From: an uncultured Bacilli bacterium
GTDB taxonomy: Bacteria; Bacillota_I; Bacilli_A; RF39; UBA660
NCBI GenBank assembly: GCA_947589435.1
Contig: CANQBI010000003.1
Span: forward strand, 1 to 55,891
Direction: 5' to 3'
Length of the DNA: 55,891 nucleotides
Every line of letters starts with the position of its first letter. Position 1 is the stretch's first letter. The translations under genes were made by a program, and so were the position numbers. Positions 37,347 through 47,251 of the stretch are shown here, piece by piece. The notes beneath the pieces are model-generated. The model saw only the letters and a program-made list of their open reading frames with translations. It searched no databases and was not told where the DNA came from.

Positions 37347-38642
37347 ATGAGGCAAAATTGGCTTTACAATCTAGTATTTATTGTTATTTTAGGATTAATT
37401 ATCTTTTTAGGATTAAGTGAAAAGTATCAACTAAATGAGGATAAAATCCAAGAATTTTCGGGAAAAATTACCGAAATTGATAATAATAAAACGATTATAA
37501 CTAATGAATATAATCAAAGTTATACTTTAAAAAAGAAGATAAAAGAAGATGTAGGTACCCTTATAAAAGGAAAGTGTGTTCAAAATAATGATGTTTGTGA
37601 AGTAATTAGTTATGAAGTTTTTAAAGAAGATGTTCCTAAATACAAGGGAATATTTAAAGATTATTATAATGAAGCCTTAGATACTTTAAAAAATATGACT
37701 ATCGAAGATAAAATAAAACAAGTACTTCTTCCCCATTACAATAATAATTTAAGTGATTATAATTATGGTGGTTTTGTTTTCTTTGAAAAAGATTTTCAAA
37801 ATAAAACTAAGGATGAAGTTATTAAGATGATTAAAAATCTCCAAGATAACGTTAAAATACCTCTTTTAATTGCTGCTGATGAAGAAGGAGGAACCGTTAC
37901 CAGAATAAGTAGTAATAAAAATTTAGTTAGTGAATATTTTAAATCACCCCAAAGTTTATATAAAGAAGGGGGATTTAATAAAATAAAGGAAGATGTTTTA
38001 AGTAAATCTAATATTTTAGAGAGCCTTGGTATTAATTTAAATTTAGCCCCGGTAGTTGATGTTTCGACTAACCCAAATGACTACATTTATAAAAGAACTT
38101 TAGGACTTGATACCGCTAAAGTGACAGAATATGCTAAAGTAGTTATTGAAACTAGTAAGAATACGAGTGTCTCATATACTTTAAAACATTTTCCCGGATA
38201 TGGTAATAATACCGATACCCATAAAGGAATATCGATTGATAATAAAAGTTATGAAGAAATATTGAGTGTGGACATTCCGCCATTTGAATCTGGCATAAAA
38301 GCGGGAGCGGAAGCCATTATGTTTAGTCATAATATTATTAAATGTTTAGATGAAAATAATCCGGCTTCTCTATCTAAAGAAGTTCATAATCTACTTACTA
38401 ATAATTTAAATTTTACGGGTGTTATTATAACTGATGATTTAAATATGGATGCTTTAAAAGATATAGAAAATAAAGAAGTTTTAGCTTTAATGGCCGGGAA
38501 TGATTTACTTATTACATCAAATCCGGAAGAAAGTTATCAAAATATTTTAGATAGTATTAATAATAAAATAATTAGTGAGTATGATTTAAATAATAAAGTT
38601 TTAAAAATACTTTCATGGAAATATTCTAAAGGTTTATTTTAG
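37347..38642 (+). CDS. GH3 beta-N-acetylhexosaminidase (NagZ-like), membrane-anchored
   Basis: IAADEEGGTV.R, NLAPVVD, LKHFPGYG...D.H, IITDDL.M motifs; N-terminal TM helix. Confidence 0.9.
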   Translation: MRQNWLYNLVFIVILGLIIFLGLSEKYQLNEDKIQEFSGKITEIDNNKTIITNEYNQSYTLKKKIKEDVGTLIKGKCVQNNDVCEVISYEVFKEDVPKYKGIFKDYYNEALDTLKNMTIEDKIKQVLLPHYNNNLSDYNYGGFVFFEKDFQNKTKDEVIKMIKNLQDNVKIPLLIAADEEGGTVTRISSNKNLVSEYFKSPQSLYKEGGFNKIKEDVLSKSNILESLGINLNLAPVVDVSTNPNDYIYKRTLGLDTAKVTEYAKVVIETSKNTSVSYTLKHFPGYGNNTDTHKGISIDNKSYEEILSVDIPPFESGIKAGAEAIMFSHNIIKCLDENNPASLSKEVHNLLTNNLNFTGVIITDDLNMDALKDIENKEVLALMAGNDLLITSNPEESYQNILDSINNKIISEYDLNNKVLKILSWKYSKGLF

Positions 38643-38685
38643 AATATTTTTTTTAACTCCTAAATACAATTTATTAGGAGAAATT

Positions 38686-39150
38686 ATGAAACAATTTATA
38701 AAAAAGATTTTTTATTTGTTTTTACCTTTATTTTTAGGCTCTATTGTAGGTCTTTTAATATCCTCATCGATTGATTATGGCGTCCTTTTAAAGCCAAAAT
38801 TTTCCCCACCAGGATATTTATTTCCCATTGTTTGGAGTATTCTCTATCTAATACTGGGCATATCTTATTACTTTTTTAAAGAAAATAATAAAGATACTTT
38901 AGAAGAAGATATTGCCTACTTTCTCTCTTTAGGAGTTAATCTTTTATGGAGTGTTTTCTTCTTTGTTCTAAAATGGCGGGGATTTACCGTTTTATGGACC
39001 TTATTCTTACTCATTATGGTAAGTTACTTATTATATCGTTTTTATCTAAAATATAAATTATCTTTTTACTTAAATATCCCTTATCTTATTTGGATATTTT
39101 ATGCCACCTACCTTACTTTAGGGGTTTACTTCTTAAATCAAGGCATGTAA
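38686..39150 (+). CDS. TspO/MBR family protein
   Basis: L.KP.FSPP.YLFPIVW.ILY, N.LWS.FFF, PYL.W..YATYL motifs. Confidence 0.93.
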   Translation: MKQFIKKIFYLFLPLFLGSIVGLLISSSIDYGVLLKPKFSPPGYLFPIVWSILYLILGISYYFFKENNKDTLEEDIAYFLSLGVNLLWSVFFFVLKWRGFTVLWTLFLLIMVSYLLYRFYLKYKLSFYLNIPYLIWIFYATYLTLGVYFLNQGM

Positions 39151-39174
39151 AAAGCATCATCAAGATGCTTTTTT
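39149..39174. terminator. Bidirectional terminator
   Basis: AAAAGCATC-ATCAA-GATGCTTTTTT. Confidence 0.8.
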
Positions 39175-39857
39175 TAACGGTCATTACTATTAAAAAGTAA
39201 TATTAATCTTAAAATTTCTAAAACGCTGGTAAGAACACTAGCCACATATGTTAAAGCAGCGGAAGTTAGCATTTTTTTAACTCCAGTAGCTTCCTCACTA
39301 CTTCCTAGTTTTAACTTTTCGATTTCGCATCTTGCTCTTTTACTTGCATCAAATTCGACTGGTAAAGTAATAAGTTGAAATAATAAACCTATAGAAATTA
39401 AAGCAATACCTAAAATGAATACTTTAAAATAAGATGTAAGAATCCCAATAATAATAACTATCCATGAAAATGAAGAAACTAAATTAACAACGGGCACTAA
39501 AGCACTTCTAATTCTCATAAAGGTATAATTTTCTTTATCTTGAATAGCATGACCACATTCATGAGCCGCTACGGCCATCGCCGCAATAGACTCCCCTTTA
39601 AAAATATCTGTCGAAAGTTTAACTACTTTTCTAGTTGAATCATAATGGTCCGTTAAATTACCTTGAGTTTCGACAACATAAATATCATCTAAGCCATTGG
39701 CATCTAATATTTTTCTCGCTACTTCAAAACCCGATAATTTCTTTTTATTATTAATCTTTTTATATTTACTATAACTAGCATTAATATTTAATTGAGCACA
39801 AAGAGGGATTAAAAAGATAATAATATATAAAATAATATCTATTCCATATAAACTCAT
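39174..39857 (-). CDS. Membrane zinc metallopeptidase (YugP-like)
   Basis: LTDHYD, AVAAHECGHAIQ, TLPVEFDAS.RA, AALTYVA motifs. Confidence 0.93.
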   Translation of the reverse strand: MSLYGIDIILYIIIFLIPLCAQLNINASYSKYKKINNKKKLSGFEVARKILDANGLDDIYVVETQGNLTDHYDSTRKVVKLSTDIFKGESIAAMAVAAHECGHAIQDKENYTFMRIRSALVPVVNLVSSFSWIVIIIGILTSYFKVFILGIALISIGLLFQLITLPVEFDASKRARCEIEKLKLGSSEEATGVKKMLTSAALTYVASVLTSVLEILRLILLFNSNDR

Positions 39858-41242
39858 TTCTTCACCTCAAATACTGTTCCTTCTCTTGTATCTTTTAAAA
39901 TAATACCTTTACTTTCTAATTCATTTCTTATTTCATCTGCTAAAGCATAATCTTTATTTTTCTTTGCTTCATTTCTTTTGGCAATCATTTCTTTTATATA
40001 ATCTTCATCTATATCTATTTTAACCTCTTTAGTTAAATCTAAACTTAAAACTTCATCAAAATTACTAATTAATTTATATTTAGTTGAATCATTTAAATCA
40101 CTTTTTAAAACTTCATAGACTATTGATAAAGCATTCGCAGTATTTAAATCATCACTTAAAGTTTCTTTAAACTTATTATTATATAAATCATAGCCGTCAC
40201 TTTCGATATTACCTTCTTTATTTAAAGATAATACTTTACTTTTTAATTTTTTATAAGCATTCTCGGCGCCATCTAGGGAAGCATAAGAAAAAGTTAATTG
40301 TTTGCGGTAATGACTTTGCAAGCACATAAAACGATAACTTAAAGGATTATAACCTTTTTCTATAAGTGTACTAACCGTTAAAGTATCACCTTTACTTTTA
40401 CTCATTTTCCCACTTTCATCATTTAAGTGTTCCCCGTGAACCCAATACTTACACCAAGGATGTCCTAAATAACTTTCCGATTGGGCAATTTCATTGGTAT
40501 GGTGCGGAAACTTATTATCAACACCCCCACAGTGAATGTCTAAATATTCCCCAAGATATTTGATACTGATTCCGGAACATTCAATATGCCAACCCGGATA
40601 ACCTAAACCAAAAGGACTTTCCCATTTTAATTCTTGACTATCAAATTTACTTTTGGTAAACCATAAAACAAAATCATTTTTATTTTTTTTATTTTCATCA
40701 ACAATAACTGTATCTCTTACGCCGCCGATTAAATCATCTACCTCTTGATTAGTTAAAGTATAATAATTATCTAATTTAGAAGTATCAAAATAAATATTTC
40801 CGCCCGCTTCATAAGCATAATCTTTTTTAAGTAAGGTTTCGATTATTTCGATATACATGGGAATATTCTCGGTCGCCGGACTAATAATCTCCGGTTTTTT
40901 AATATTTAAATATTCAAAATCTTTAAAGAAAGCCTCGGTATAAAACTTAGCAATATCTAAAACAGTTTTATGTTCTTCTTTAGCACTTTTAACCATTTTA
41001 TCATCACCGGTATCGGCATCACTAGATAAGTGTCCCACATCGGTAATATTCATACATCTTTTAACTTTATAACCTAAGTAATTTAAAGTTTTCTCTAATA
41101 TATCTTCCATAATATAACTTCTTAAATTACCAATATGGGCATAATGATAAACCGTGGGTCCACAGGTATACATAGTTACCAAGTCTTTATTCCAAGGAAT
41201 AAATTCTTCAATTTTACGAGTTATTGAATTATATAAATTCAT
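39854..41242 (-). CDS. cysS: Cysteine--tRNA ligase
   Basis: CGPTVY..AHIGN, GYPGWHIECS, HCGGVD..FPHH.NE, KMSKS motifs. Confidence 0.98.
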   Translation of the reverse strand: MNLYNSITRKIEEFIPWNKDLVTMYTCGPTVYHYAHIGNLRSYIMEDILEKTLNYLGYKVKRCMNITDVGHLSSDADTGDDKMVKSAKEEHKTVLDIAKFYTEAFFKDFEYLNIKKPEIISPATENIPMYIEIIETLLKKDYAYEAGGNIYFDTSKLDNYYTLTNQEVDDLIGGVRDTVIVDENKKNKNDFVLWFTKSKFDSQELKWESPFGLGYPGWHIECSGISIKYLGEYLDIHCGGVDNKFPHHTNEIAQSESYLGHPWCKYWVHGEHLNDESGKMSKSKGDTLTVSTLIEKGYNPLSYRFMCLQSHYRKQLTFSYASLDGAENAYKKLKSKVLSLNKEGNIESDGYDLYNNKFKETLSDDLNTANALSIVYEVLKSDLNDSTKYKLISNFDEVLSLDLTKEVKIDIDEDYIKEMIAKRNEAKKNKDYALADEIRNELESKGIILKDTREGTVFEVKK

Positions 41243-41254
41243 AAAACGCCTCCT

Positions 41255-42673
41255 TTAAGATAATCTTTTTAAAACTTTCTCTTTACCAATTAAATATATT
41301 TCATCAGGTAGTTCTGGTCCATGTTCAATACCACTTATTTTGATTCTAATTGGCATATATAATAGTTTTCCTTTAACTCCGGTTTTTTCTTTAACGCGTG
41401 TTATAACTTCCGCAATCGCATCGACCGTCCAATCACTTAAATTTTCAAGCTCTTCTTTATATGTTTTAATAACTACTGGAATATTTTCATCACTTTGTAA
41501 GAACTCTTCATTTTCTTTACTAATATTTATTTCATCATTAAAGAATATGCCAACTAAATCATTTATTTCCTTACCATATGATAAATGGTCCTTATAAATT
41601 AAAAGTAATCTATCAACCCATTCCGGACTTTTATCAGATACATCTAAACTTAAGAAAGGACGCACAAATTTTAAATAATCTTCATCACTTAAATTATTAA
41701 TGTATTTATGATTAAACCATTGTAATTTTTTAATATCATAAGTGGCGGGGCTTTTACTAATTCTTGTCATATCAAAATCTTTAATTAATTCATCCATCGT
41801 AAACACTTCTTTATTTTCTTTGGGACTCCATCCAAGTAAAACTAAATAGTTAACAATGGCACTAGGTAAGTATCCTTCATTATAAAGGTCCATGAATGAA
41901 GCATCACCATTTCTTTTCGAAAGTTTATTGCCATCACTGCCTAAAACCATTGGCACATGAATGTAAGTTGGAGCTTCCCAGCCAAAAGCTTCATATAACA
42001 AATTATATTTTGGTGTTTGCGATAAATATTCATTACCTCTTATAACATGAGTAACATGCATTAAATGGTCATCAATAACATTAGCAAAATTATAAGTAGG
42101 ATAACCATCACTTTTAAGTAAAATTTGGTCTTCTAAAACACTGTTTTCCACTCTAACATCGCCATAAACAACATCATGAACAACTGATACTCCTTCTTTA
42201 GGCATCTTTTGTCTAATAACATATTTTTCCCCATTTTTTAATTTTTCTTCAATTTCTTCTTTAGATAAATGCGAACATCTTCCATCATACATAAATGGTT
42301 TATGTTTTTTATCGGCAATTTCGCGCATTAAAGATAAGGTTTCTTCCGTACAAAAACAATAATAAGCTACACCCTTCTCGACTAATTCTTCCGCATACTT
42401 TTTATATAAATCTAATCTTTCACTTTGAATGTAAGGCCCATATTCTCCTTCATTATTTGGCCCTTCATCTATTTTCATATCACAAAGATTAAGAGTATTA
42501 TAGATAAAATCTATGGCTCCTTCTACTTTTCTATTTTGATCAGTATCTTCTATTCTTAAAATAAATTCTCCCCCATCATGTTTGGCTACTAAATATTCAA
42601 AAATAGCTGTTCTTAAATTACCAATATGCATAAATCCCGTTGGAGATGGAGCAAATCTAGTTCGAGAACCCAT
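41255..42673 (-). CDS. gltX: Glutamate--tRNA ligase
   Basis: RFAPSPTG.MHIGN, LRIEDTD, YNFANVIDD, KLSKR motifs. Confidence 0.98.
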   Translation of the reverse strand: MGSRTRFAPSPTGFMHIGNLRTAIFEYLVAKHDGGEFILRIEDTDQNRKVEGAIDFIYNTLNLCDMKIDEGPNNEGEYGPYIQSERLDLYKKYAEELVEKGVAYYCFCTEETLSLMREIADKKHKPFMYDGRCSHLSKEEIEEKLKNGEKYVIRQKMPKEGVSVVHDVVYGDVRVENSVLEDQILLKSDGYPTYNFANVIDDHLMHVTHVIRGNEYLSQTPKYNLLYEAFGWEAPTYIHVPMVLGSDGNKLSKRNGDASFMDLYNEGYLPSAIVNYLVLLGWSPKENKEVFTMDELIKDFDMTRISKSPATYDIKKLQWFNHKYINNLSDEDYLKFVRPFLSLDVSDKSPEWVDRLLLIYKDHLSYGKEINDLVGIFFNDEINISKENEEFLQSDENIPVVIKTYKEELENLSDWTVDAIAEVITRVKEKTGVKGKLLYMPIRIKISGIEHGPELPDEIYLIGKEKVLKRLS

Positions 42674-42762
42674 AATATCACTTCCTTAATGAATATTTTA
42701 TCATATTATTGCTTCTTTTTCACTATATTAAAAGAAAAAAGAAACTATTTTTAGCTTCTTTT

Positions 42763-44247
42763 CTATTTAACTTTTCTTAAAACTTCTTCTAACTCTGCTG
42801 CTTCAATATCTTCCCCATTTTTACTTTCGGTATAAGACATTAATAAATCAACACCCGTTATTGGTTTAACTTCCTTAGAAGGAATCTTTTCTTTAATTTC
42901 AATTTTTCTTCCAATGCATACACTTAATAATCGATTAACCTCTTTAGTTAAGTAATAGATGTACATTTCTTTATCCCGATTATCTTTTTTTAAGGATTTA
43001 ATTCTTCTAAGGGCTTCTTTAAACATTTCGATAACTTCTTTTAAATTATTATCCTCGTTTAAGACCTCTCTTACTAATAAGACATCTTCTTCCGTATATT
43101 CACTACTTAAAATTCTCCCCATTGGTACAGATATTTTAAGTTGGGCTAAAAGAGAACTACTACTTATAAGTTTAACAATATCAACATCTATACCATAACA
43201 ATTATTAGCAATCGCCGCCATTTCAATATTAATTCCGTACTCAATAGCATTATTATTTAATAAAATACTACTAACAACTTTGGCTTTTTCCTTACTTTCA
43301 CTTTCGGTTAATATTTGCATGGCCGTTATATTATCTCCTTTAAAAATAAGCATTTGATAAAACAAAACTCTCTTCACCATATCAATGTCTAAATTCTTAG
43401 GGGCATCAAGTAAAATTTGCGATGCTAATACATCGATTCCCTTATTTTCAAATTGAGCTGATGTTAAAGCCCAATAAATAATTTGAGCAATTTCTTTAGT
43501 ATTACTTCTTAAAATAAGTTCTACTTTATTATCATCTATTTTTTCCTTACCTTTAATTAGATAAATTAAATAATCGTATAAGACATTTACTTTAAAATCT
43601 TCTTTAACGGAAGCAAGTATTTTAGTAGCTTTCATAACTTCATCTTTATTTTCATCGTTTAGATAATCAAATAAGAGTTTAATGCCAAATGGAGCTTTGC
43701 TATTTTGAGATGACATAATAATTTTCACATATTCTAAAACATTAGGTAATGGAAAATCTAAGAAAGATAGATAAACCTCTCTTACTTCCGATGTATTTTT
43801 ACATTTTAAAATTATTTCCGCATAAAGACTTTTATCTTTTAACTTACTCATGGCATAAATATTTTCAATATAATTTATATATTCAGCACTTGGACATCTC
43901 GTTATATAATAAGCCCCTTCTAAAGAAGTCTTTTCTTTAATAAATCTATCATCAGTTAAATGTTTACATAGATAAAAGCCATATTTGGGAGAGTCTTTAA
44001 TGATATCAATGCTTTCCATCATTTCATTTAAAATATCTAAAGTTAAATCTTTACCACTCATTTTTAAAACATATTCCGTAGCATAGGCTAAAGCATTTTT
44101 ATTTTTAACTTCCATTAAATAATTTAAAACTCTTTCATCTACTTTAAGTAATCTTTCAATATCTTTATCCGAAAAATAGATATTTGATTCACTTTCATTT
44201 ATCTTCTTAATTCTTTCTAAAAATTTCAAAAATTTATCTTTTTGCAT
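42763..44247 (-). CDS. Hypothetical helical-repeat protein (divergent paralog 3)
   Basis: 494 aa; recurring ..I(L/I)..(C/S/A).......I...L helices. Confidence 0.7.
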   Translation of the reverse strand: MQKDKFLKFLERIKKINESESNIYFSDKDIERLLKVDERVLNYLMEVKNKNALAYATEYVLKMSGKDLTLDILNEMMESIDIIKDSPKYGFYLCKHLTDDRFIKEKTSLEGAYYITRCPSAEYINYIENIYAMSKLKDKSLYAEIILKCKNTSEVREVYLSFLDFPLPNVLEYVKIIMSSQNSKAPFGIKLLFDYLNDENKDEVMKATKILASVKEDFKVNVLYDYLIYLIKGKEKIDDNKVELILRSNTKEIAQIIYWALTSAQFENKGIDVLASQILLDAPKNLDIDMVKRVLFYQMLIFKGDNITAMQILTESESKEKAKVVSSILLNNNAIEYGINIEMAAIANNCYGIDVDIVKLISSSSLLAQLKISVPMGRILSSEYTEEDVLLVREVLNEDNNLKEVIEMFKEALRRIKSLKKDNRDKEMYIYYLTKEVNRLLSVCIGRKIEIKEKIPSKEVKPITGVDLLMSYTESKNGEDIEAAELEEVLRKVK

Positions 44248-45742
44248 TCTTATCTCTCTTTTCTAATATTTTTCTTAAATTTTTATTAGCTATACTTAAA
44301 TCAGGCTCTTTTTCTTCTTCAAAAATAATTGTTGTATTAATAATACCTTTTAAAATATTATTAATAATTTTTTCAGTTTTCTTTAAATGTTCTGGTAAAG
44401 TTAATTTATATAAAGAAGCTATACCCTCAATAAATTCTTTTTTATCTTCTTCATTTTGATAAGCATTCCAAATCAGAAATTCATCAAATTCTTCTTCCTC
44501 TAAAGCAATTATTCTTGCTAAAGGAAGAGCCACTCCTATATTATTTAATTTAGGATTCATTGCTAAATTAGCAATTAAATTAATTTCGACATCTGTATAT
44601 ACTCTATTTATTAAAGCCATAAAGGCTAAAGAAGTTTCATTTATTCTATCAAAAATCGCTAAATTATTTAAAGTATTAGCAATTTTTGTGGCTTTCTTTT
44701 CAGTTTCTGATTCATTAACAATCATGCTAGAGCCAATCCGTAAATCGGATTTAAAGCCCTTAAAACTTTCTTGAATTAACCTAGGTTGATATTCTTTTCT
44801 GGAATCACTAAATACTCCGGCCATAACTTCGGATTCATTATTTTTAATATAAGCCTCATTGTTTAAGACCATCGTTATATATTTACCATTAAATTTATGT
44901 CTAGCACTCATAATTAAATTTATATTATCTAAAGAAATAGGTAATTTTTGTTTCAAATTATGTTTAATATAAGCAAATAAATTATTTAAAATATCATCAT
45001 CTTTAGTCATTAAGAAATACTTACAGGAATCAATTGCATAAGGAATTACTTCAACATCCAAATCATTAAATAAATAGTATATACAACTAAGTTGTTCATA
45101 AGTTTTACATTTAGTAAGCATTTCAATAACTACTTTAGTATATCCTGTTTTTAGTAGATTCTCATCTTCCGCAATTTCTGTAATGGCATCTAAAATATCT
45201 TCATCTACTATTCTTTTCATAACCTTAGAAGCTTCTAAAAATATTGGCATAAATTCTTGTTCTTCTAAAGTTTCAATACTCGAAAACATATCATAAATTT
45301 TTAAAGCTTGGATTTTATATTTACAACCTAATATAATATCACTTGCTAAATCTTTATAAGGAATAAAGTTATTTTCATATATTTTATAAATATAATCGAT
45401 TTGAAATTCTTTAGTAGCTTTTAAAGTTTTATTTAGACACTCAATTTTTTCTGAGACTTCCATCTTTCTACTAAATATAATGTCATGATAAGAAAAATTA
45501 TCCAAATCTTTTCTATTTTCTAATATTTCAATTAGCATTAATATTAATTCATCGTTCACATTAATTTTAACATCAATAAAATCTCTTAAATCACCGATTA
45601 ATGTTACTAATACTTTATCATCTTTAACTCTAGATAATCTTTCTAATACTTCTTCACTGTAATTATCTAAAATTTTTTTATACTTAACTCTATTTCCCAA
45701 TTCTTTTATTCTATCTAATAAACTATTTTTTAACTCTTCCAT
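44234..45742 (-). CDS. Hypothetical helical-repeat protein (paralog 2)
   Basis: 502 aa; shares blocks such as LPISLDN.NLI..ARHKFNGKY and GVALPLARIIALEEEEFD with 45753-47204. Confidence 0.75.
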   Translation of the reverse strand: MEELKNSLLDRIKELGNRVKYKKILDNYSEEVLERLSRVKDDKVLVTLIGDLRDFIDVKINVNDELILMLIEILENRKDLDNFSYHDIIFSRKMEVSEKIECLNKTLKATKEFQIDYIYKIYENNFIPYKDLASDIILGCKYKIQALKIYDMFSSIETLEEQEFMPIFLEASKVMKRIVDEDILDAITEIAEDENLLKTGYTKVVIEMLTKCKTYEQLSCIYYLFNDLDVEVIPYAIDSCKYFLMTKDDDILNNLFAYIKHNLKQKLPISLDNINLIMSARHKFNGKYITMVLNNEAYIKNNESEVMAGVFSDSRKEYQPRLIQESFKGFKSDLRIGSSMIVNESETEKKATKIANTLNNLAIFDRINETSLAFMALINRVYTDVEINLIANLAMNPKLNNIGVALPLARIIALEEEEFDEFLIWNAYQNEEDKKEFIEGIASLYKLTLPEHLKKTEKIINNILKGIINTTIIFEEEKEPDLSIANKNLRKILEKRDKNAKR

Positions 45743-45752
45743 AAAACCTCCC

Positions 45753-47204
45753 TTATCTTCTTTTTAATACTTTTTCTTCTTTTCCTTTAAAATCAAATGG
45801 TATATTAATTTCTTTTAAAATATTATTAATAATTTTTTGAGCTTTTATTTTATTGTCCGATATTGTACAACTATTTAAACTTACAAGACCAAACATTAAA
45901 GCTTTTGCCGTTTCTTCATTTTGATAAGCATTCCAAATTATCAAACGGTCAAATTCTTCTTCCTCTAAAGCAATTATTCTTGCTAAAGGTAGAGCTACTC
46001 CTATTTTATTTAGAATTGTATTTTTAGCTAAATCCGCAATTAAATTAATTTCAACATCAGTATATACTCTATTTATTAATGCGGCAAAAACTAAGGAATT
46101 ATCATTTATTTCCTCATATTTAACCAAACTATTTAAAATTGCTGTAATAGTTAAAGCCTTTTTTCTAGTTTCCGCTTCATTAACAAGCATACTAGCTCCT
46201 ACAAATAATTCGGGAGTAAGTCCATGTAAATTATTTTTAATTAAAAAAGCTTGATATTCTTTTCTAGAATCACTTAAAATTCCTGCTACAGTGGTCTCTT
46301 CTTTGGCCTCAACCAAAGCATCATTAGTTAAAGCTTCAGTAGCATACTTTCCATTAAATTTATGCCTAGCATTTATAATTAAATTTACATTATCTAAAGA
46401 AATAGGTAATTTATTGCTTAAAGCATAACAAATATAATCATATAAATTTTTTAAACTAGTTTTATCTTTAGTTAATAAGAAATATTTACAAGCTTCCATA
46501 GCGTATGGAATATGTTCCATATCTACTTTTTTATTCGTATCATCAAAAATACTAGCAATATAAATTACTTGGTCATAATTTTTACATTTCGTAATTAAAT
46601 TGGCTACTACCGTAACACAGCCACTTTCGAGTAAATTTTTATTATCAAGTATTTCTTCCATTCTAAATAAGATTTCTTTATCTACTACTTTAGTCATTAA
46701 TTTAGCTACTTCAATAAAGGTAGGATTATATTCATTTCCCTCTTTACATCTATGAATAACAGCATAAATTTCATCAGCTTGGATTTTACAAGTAGAAGTA
46801 AGAATAAGATTAATAGCTAAATCCCTATAAAGATTATCTTCGGCATAAAGATAATAGATATTTTCTTCTTGATATCTTGTTTTCGCTTTAAGCATACCAT
46901 TTAGACATTCTAATTTATCTTTAAAATCCAGTTCCCCATAAATTATATTACCATATAAGGAATCTATTTTTCCTTTTTGACAAATTATATCTATAATTAT
47001 AAGTAATAATTCCTCGTTTATATCTACTCCTAAATCATTAATATCTAGAAAATTATTTAATATTAATCTTAAATTATTATCATTTTTAACTAATAAAAGT
47101 TTTTCTAAAACATCTTTACCACAAATATCTAAAATCTTAATATATTTTTCTCCATTTTCTATTTCTTTTATTCTTTCTAATAAATTATTCTTTAATTCTT
47201 CCAT
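45753..47204 (-). CDS. Hypothetical helical-repeat protein (paralog 1)
   Basis: 483 aa; MEELKN.LL.RIKE start shared with paralog 2. Confidence 0.75.
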   Translation of the reverse strand: MEELKNNLLERIKEIENGEKYIKILDICGKDVLEKLLLVKNDNNLRLILNNFLDINDLGVDINEELLLIIIDIICQKGKIDSLYGNIIYGELDFKDKLECLNGMLKAKTRYQEENIYYLYAEDNLYRDLAINLILTSTCKIQADEIYAVIHRCKEGNEYNPTFIEVAKLMTKVVDKEILFRMEEILDNKNLLESGCVTVVANLITKCKNYDQVIYIASIFDDTNKKVDMEHIPYAMEACKYFLLTKDKTSLKNLYDYICYALSNKLPISLDNVNLIINARHKFNGKYATEALTNDALVEAKEETTVAGILSDSRKEYQAFLIKNNLHGLTPELFVGASMLVNEAETRKKALTITAILNSLVKYEEINDNSLVFAALINRVYTDVEINLIADLAKNTILNKIGVALPLARIIALEEEEFDRLIIWNAYQNEETAKALMFGLVSLNSCTISDNKIKAQKIINNILKEINIPFDFKGKEEKVLKRR

Positions 47205-47251
47205 AAATCCTCCTAGTCAAGTATTTATTATAACTATTTTTTATATCTAAA

